Shown here piece by piece: positions 61,041 through 64,000 of a stretch of DNA of 64,000 nt (the stretch's first letter is position 1; each line of letters starts with the position of its first letter). A model generated the notes under the pieces. That model was not told the origin of the DNA and ran no database searches. It saw nothing but the letters and a program-made list of their open reading frames with translations. This DNA is from Bacteroidales bacterium (GTDB taxonomy: Bacteria > Bacteroidota > Bacteroidia > Bacteroidales > WCHB1-69), in contig JAVBLM010000017.1 of NCBI GenBank assembly GCA_031553535.1, positions 13,542 through 77,541 on the forward strand, read 5' to 3'. A program made the translations under genes and the position numbers.

Positions 61041-61442
61041 ATGAAATTCAGCAATGTAAGATTATTAGTCAAAGACTACAAAAAATGTTTCAAGTTTTAT
61101 ACTGAGAAACTTGGTTTGGAACCGCTTTGGGGAGATGAAGACGGATGTTATGCTTCATTCAAAGTTGCGGATGGTATAGAAGGATTAGCCTTGTTTGTAT
61201 CTGATTTTATGGCTCCCGCAGTTGATAATGCAGACAAAGACCAGCCCACAGGCTATCGTGAGAAATCAATGGTATCCTTTGAAGTAGAAAATGTGGATGA
61301 GACCTATAAAACACTTTTGCAAAAAAACATCCAATTTATTAATCAACCAACAGATATGCCGGATTGGGGAATGCGCGTTGTTCATTTGCGAGACCCTGAA
61401 GAAAATCTAATCGAATTTTTCACCCCTTTGAAAATGGAGTAA
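61041..61442 (+). CDS. VOC/glyoxalase family protein
   Basis: RLLVKD..FYTEKLGL, FEVENVD, WGMRVVHLRDPEENLIE. Confidence 0.9.
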   Translation: MKFSNVRLLVKDYKKCFKFYTEKLGLEPLWGDEDGCYASFKVADGIEGLALFVSDFMAPAVDNADKDQPTGYREKSMVSFEVENVDETYKTLLQKNIQFINQPTDMPDWGMRVVHLRDPEENLIEFFTPLKME

Positions 61443-61520
61443 TTGCAACGAATCTGTATCTGATGAGGTATTAAATCAAACAAAATATAAATTGTCCGAA
61501 AGGATATAAAATTAATTGAA

Positions 61521-61796
61521 ATGGAAAGTAATGTACAAATTTGTCAGAGTTGCGCAATGCCCATCAGCGAAAATAAGCAGAAAGGTACTAATGAAGATGA
61601 CAGTTTATCAAATGACTACTGTTCGTATTGTTTCAAAAAAGGAAAATTCACGAATAATGTTACGCTTGATGAACAGGTTGAAATGGGGTTAAATTATTAT
61701 CCACCTTACAAAAAAGCTCAAACACAGGAAGAAAAAGATGCGATAAAACAACAAACAAAAGATTTTTTATCCGCTCTTAAAAGATGGAAACCCTAA
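61521..61796 (+). CDS. Putative zinc-ribbon domain protein
   Basis: CQSCAMP..GTNEDDS..YCSYCFKKGKF..LKRWK. Confidence 0.85.
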   Translation: MESNVQICQSCAMPISENKQKGTNEDDSLSNDYCSYCFKKGKFTNNVTLDEQVEMGLNYYPPYKKAQTQEEKDAIKQQTKDFLSALKRWKP

Positions 61797-61882
61797 ATCA
61801 AACATCGTCTTAAATTTGAACTTTTGTGTTAGACAACGAAGTAGAAAATTAAATTTATTCATATTAAAAATTTATAACTCCG

Positions 61883-62164
61883 ATGAAGAAAAAAATCGTA
61901 ATCGCAAAAATCCAAATCATTGCAGGAAAAGAAAAAGAATATCTGAACATTGTTCCGGCATTGATTAAAGCAACAAGAAACGAACCGGGCAATTTGGTTT
62001 ACAACTTGTACCAAAGTACTGAAAGCCCTTCGGAATTTTTGGTGTACGAGGAATATGTCGACGAAGCTGCTTTTAATACCCATCGCACTTCCGAAGCATT
62101 TCAAACTTTCGTAGAACAAGCTGGGCCTTTGTTTGCCAAAGAGTTGGATATACAAACTTTCTAA
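61883..62164 (+). CDS. Antibiotic biosynthesis monooxygenase / putative quinol monooxygenase
   Basis: TRNEPGNLVYNLY, FLVYEEYVDEAAFNTH. Confidence 0.88.
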   Translation: MKKKIVIAKIQIIAGKEKEYLNIVPALIKATRNEPGNLVYNLYQSTESPSEFLVYEEYVDEAAFNTHRTSEAFQTFVEQAGPLFAKELDIQTF

Positions 62165-62631
62165 TGGCAATGGAAAATCTTACCGCAAAACAAAAAGAAT
62201 GTCTGGAAGTCATGGAACAGGCTTCTTTTGTAGAATTAACCACGATTGATTCCGCCGGATTTCCTTCCACGCGTGCCATGTTGAATCTTCGAAATAAGCA
62301 ACAATATCCGCACTTAATAAGCCTTTATGAAAAGGAAGAAAATCCTTTGACTGTATATCTGACCACCAACACCGGTTCCGAAAAAATAAAAGAAATCGAA
62401 CAAAACGGGAATGCCTGTTTATATTTTTGTGAAGTTGACGATTTTCACGGCATTCTATTGCAAGGAACGGTTGAGCATGTTACAGATAACGAATTTCGCA
62501 AGCAAGTTTGGCAAAAAGGCTGGGAAATATATTACCCAAAAGGTGATGAGGATTTTTCGATTTTGCGATTTGTGCCAAACAAACTGAAAACGTATTCGGA
62601 GTTTCACGTGGAAATGGAGGATGTAGAATAG
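62164..62631 (+). CDS. Pyridoxamine 5'-phosphate oxidase-like (general stress protein 26 type)
   Basis: LTTIDSAGFPSTRAM, TNTGSEK, WEIYYPKG. Confidence 0.82.
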   Translation: MAMENLTAKQKECLEVMEQASFVELTTIDSAGFPSTRAMLNLRNKQQYPHLISLYEKEENPLTVYLTTNTGSEKIKEIEQNGNACLYFCEVDDFHGILLQGTVEHVTDNEFRKQVWQKGWEIYYPKGDEDFSILRFVPNKLKTYSEFHVEMEDVE

Positions 62632-62746
62632 TAAGATTAATGAAATGTTACTTCAGATTATGTCAATATTCAAAGAAATACATTCATCCTGAAATTTTAA
62701 TGTAAATGTATGTCGAAATCTAGTAATTAAAAAAGACAATGTTATC

Positions 62747-63310
62747 TTGATTTTAGAAAAAAGGACAGAATATATATTATTGACAGAAAGACTTGGTTTA
62801 AGACGATGGATAGATTCGGACACTGAGCCTTTTGCAAAAATGAATATGGATAAAAAAATGATGAAGTATTTTCCTGGCACCTTATCCTATTCGGAGACTC
62901 AGGACTTCGTAAATAGAATTACGTCACATTTTGATAAATATAACTTTGGACTATATGCGGTTGAAGAAAAATCAACCAAAGAATTTATTGGGTTTACAGG
63001 ATTCAGTATTCCAACTTTTGAGGCTTCTTTCATGCCTTGTGTAGAAATCGGTTGGCGATATAAAAAAGAATTTTGGGGTAAAGGTTTGGCTACTGAAGCT
63101 GCAAAAACATGTTTAACATATGGTTTTGAGGCTTTACATTTTGATAAAGTAGTTTCATTTACTTCAGCCTTGAATATAAACTCAGAAAAAGTAATGAAGA
63201 GAATTGGAATGACATTCATTGGTTATTTCGATCATCCGAAAATAGACAAAAACAATCCTCTATGTCAACACGTTCTTTATCAAGTTGAGAATGAAAAACG
63301 AAAGGTGTAA
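62747..63310 (+). CDS. GNAT family N-acetyltransferase (RimJ/RimL type)
   Basis: TERLGLRRW, VEIGWR, WGKGLATEAA, NINSEKVMKRIGM. Confidence 0.9.
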   Translation: MILEKRTEYILLTERLGLRRWIDSDTEPFAKMNMDKKMMKYFPGTLSYSETQDFVNRITSHFDKYNFGLYAVEEKSTKEFIGFTGFSIPTFEASFMPCVEIGWRYKKEFWGKGLATEAAKTCLTYGFEALHFDKVVSFTSALNINSEKVMKRIGMTFIGYFDHPKIDKNNPLCQHVLYQVENEKRKV

Positions 63311-63418
63311 CAAATGAGTAGTTTGTTGCCAACTGCCGTTCTGTTGTCAGCGAATGTAACATCGTCAGCAACCATAAATAAGTGAAAGCATGAATAAAAA
63401 TGTATTAGATAAAGAGAA

Positions 63419-64000
63419 ATGAACACAAAAGACCAAAGTAAACGGGAATATATTGCGCGGATAAACAAGGTAATGGACTATCTTGAAAAACATTTAGACG
63501 AGCCGGTAAATCTTGCTAAAGTTGCAGAAGTTGCACATTTTTCGCCGTTTCACTTCCACCGGATTTTTACAAGTTTGACTGGAGAGACATTGAATTCATT
63601 TATTCAACGGATACGAATAGAGAAGGCTGCCAAACTGCTCAAAAACGATGAAACGCTATCTATCAGTGAAATTGCGGATAAATGTGGATTCGGTAGCTCC
63701 TCTGTTTTCAGTCGTGTATTCCGGAAATATTTTGGCTTGACAGCAAAGGAATTTCGCAATACAGAAAAAGCGGTGCTTGTAAAAGGTGGGTTATATTATA
63801 GCAAGAATGGTCAATTGGTTAGCAAGGGTTATCAACTGGATTCCGATTTTATAATGGAACTTTGCAGTGATAATTCAAACCAATTTATTCATTCAAATTT
63901 TATTATTATGGACACAAAAATTGAAATCAGAGAAATGCCTGAAATGCAAGTAGTGTATATTCGCCATACAGGCCAGTTTAATCAAATCGGAAAAGCATAC
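63419..64000 (+). CDS. AraC family regulator with C-terminal GyrI-like domain (truncated by window edge; absent from ORF track)
   Basis: MNTKDQSKREYIARINKVMDYLEKHLD..FSPFHFHRIF..CGFGSSSVFSRVFRKYFG..VVYIRHTGQFNQIGKAY. Confidence 0.9.
   Translation, partial: MNTKDQSKREYIARINKVMDYLEKHLDEPVNLAKVAEVAHFSPFHFHRIFTSLTGETLNSFIQRIRIEKAAKLLKNDETLSISEIADKCGFGSSSVFSRVFRKYFGLTAKEFRNTEKAVLVKGGLYYSKNGQLVSKGYQLDSDFIMELCSDNSNQFIHSNFIIMDTKIEIREMPEMQVVYIRHTGQFNQIGKAY

Overview
Chromosomal window of an AT-rich Bacteroidota (Bacteroidales-like) genome, judged from TAnnTTTG promoters, type IX secretion (T9SS) genes (PorV/PorQ family, PorE-like) and a split atpD-atpC. Most of it is housekeeping: pheS, two SODs, kdsC, rdgB, atpD/C, xerD, kbl, phoH, rlmB, lspA, dksA, cutC and tRNA-Lys(UUU). 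There is also a fluoride riboswitch-crcB pair, a Zn/Cd P-type ATPase and a cluster of small stress/detox genes at the right end. The accessory signal has five parts. (1) A phage-like divergent cI/cro-type HTH pair with no other phage genes sits directly upstream of a ~2,870-aa T9SS surface protein built from duplicated scaffold modules with interchangeable inserted domains (unknown beta-sandwich, ALK/LTK-like Gly-rich, an empty Cys loop, CUB). An orphan copy of its signal peptide lies nearby, and the repressor 5' end is frameshifted. (2) An 886-bp transposase-less element with perfect 16-bp IS982-like terminal inverted repeats and an 8-bp target duplication carries a 42-bp hairpin tandem array; a paralogous array without those ends lies ~31 kb away. 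(3) A 1,930-aa repeat-rich T9SS protein is paired with a beta-barrel/OmpA gene. (4) An AraC-GyrI gene appears to contain its own operator, promoter and internal start. (5) Many REP/MITE-like intergenic repeats are present. All calls come from reading the sequence; no searches were run.
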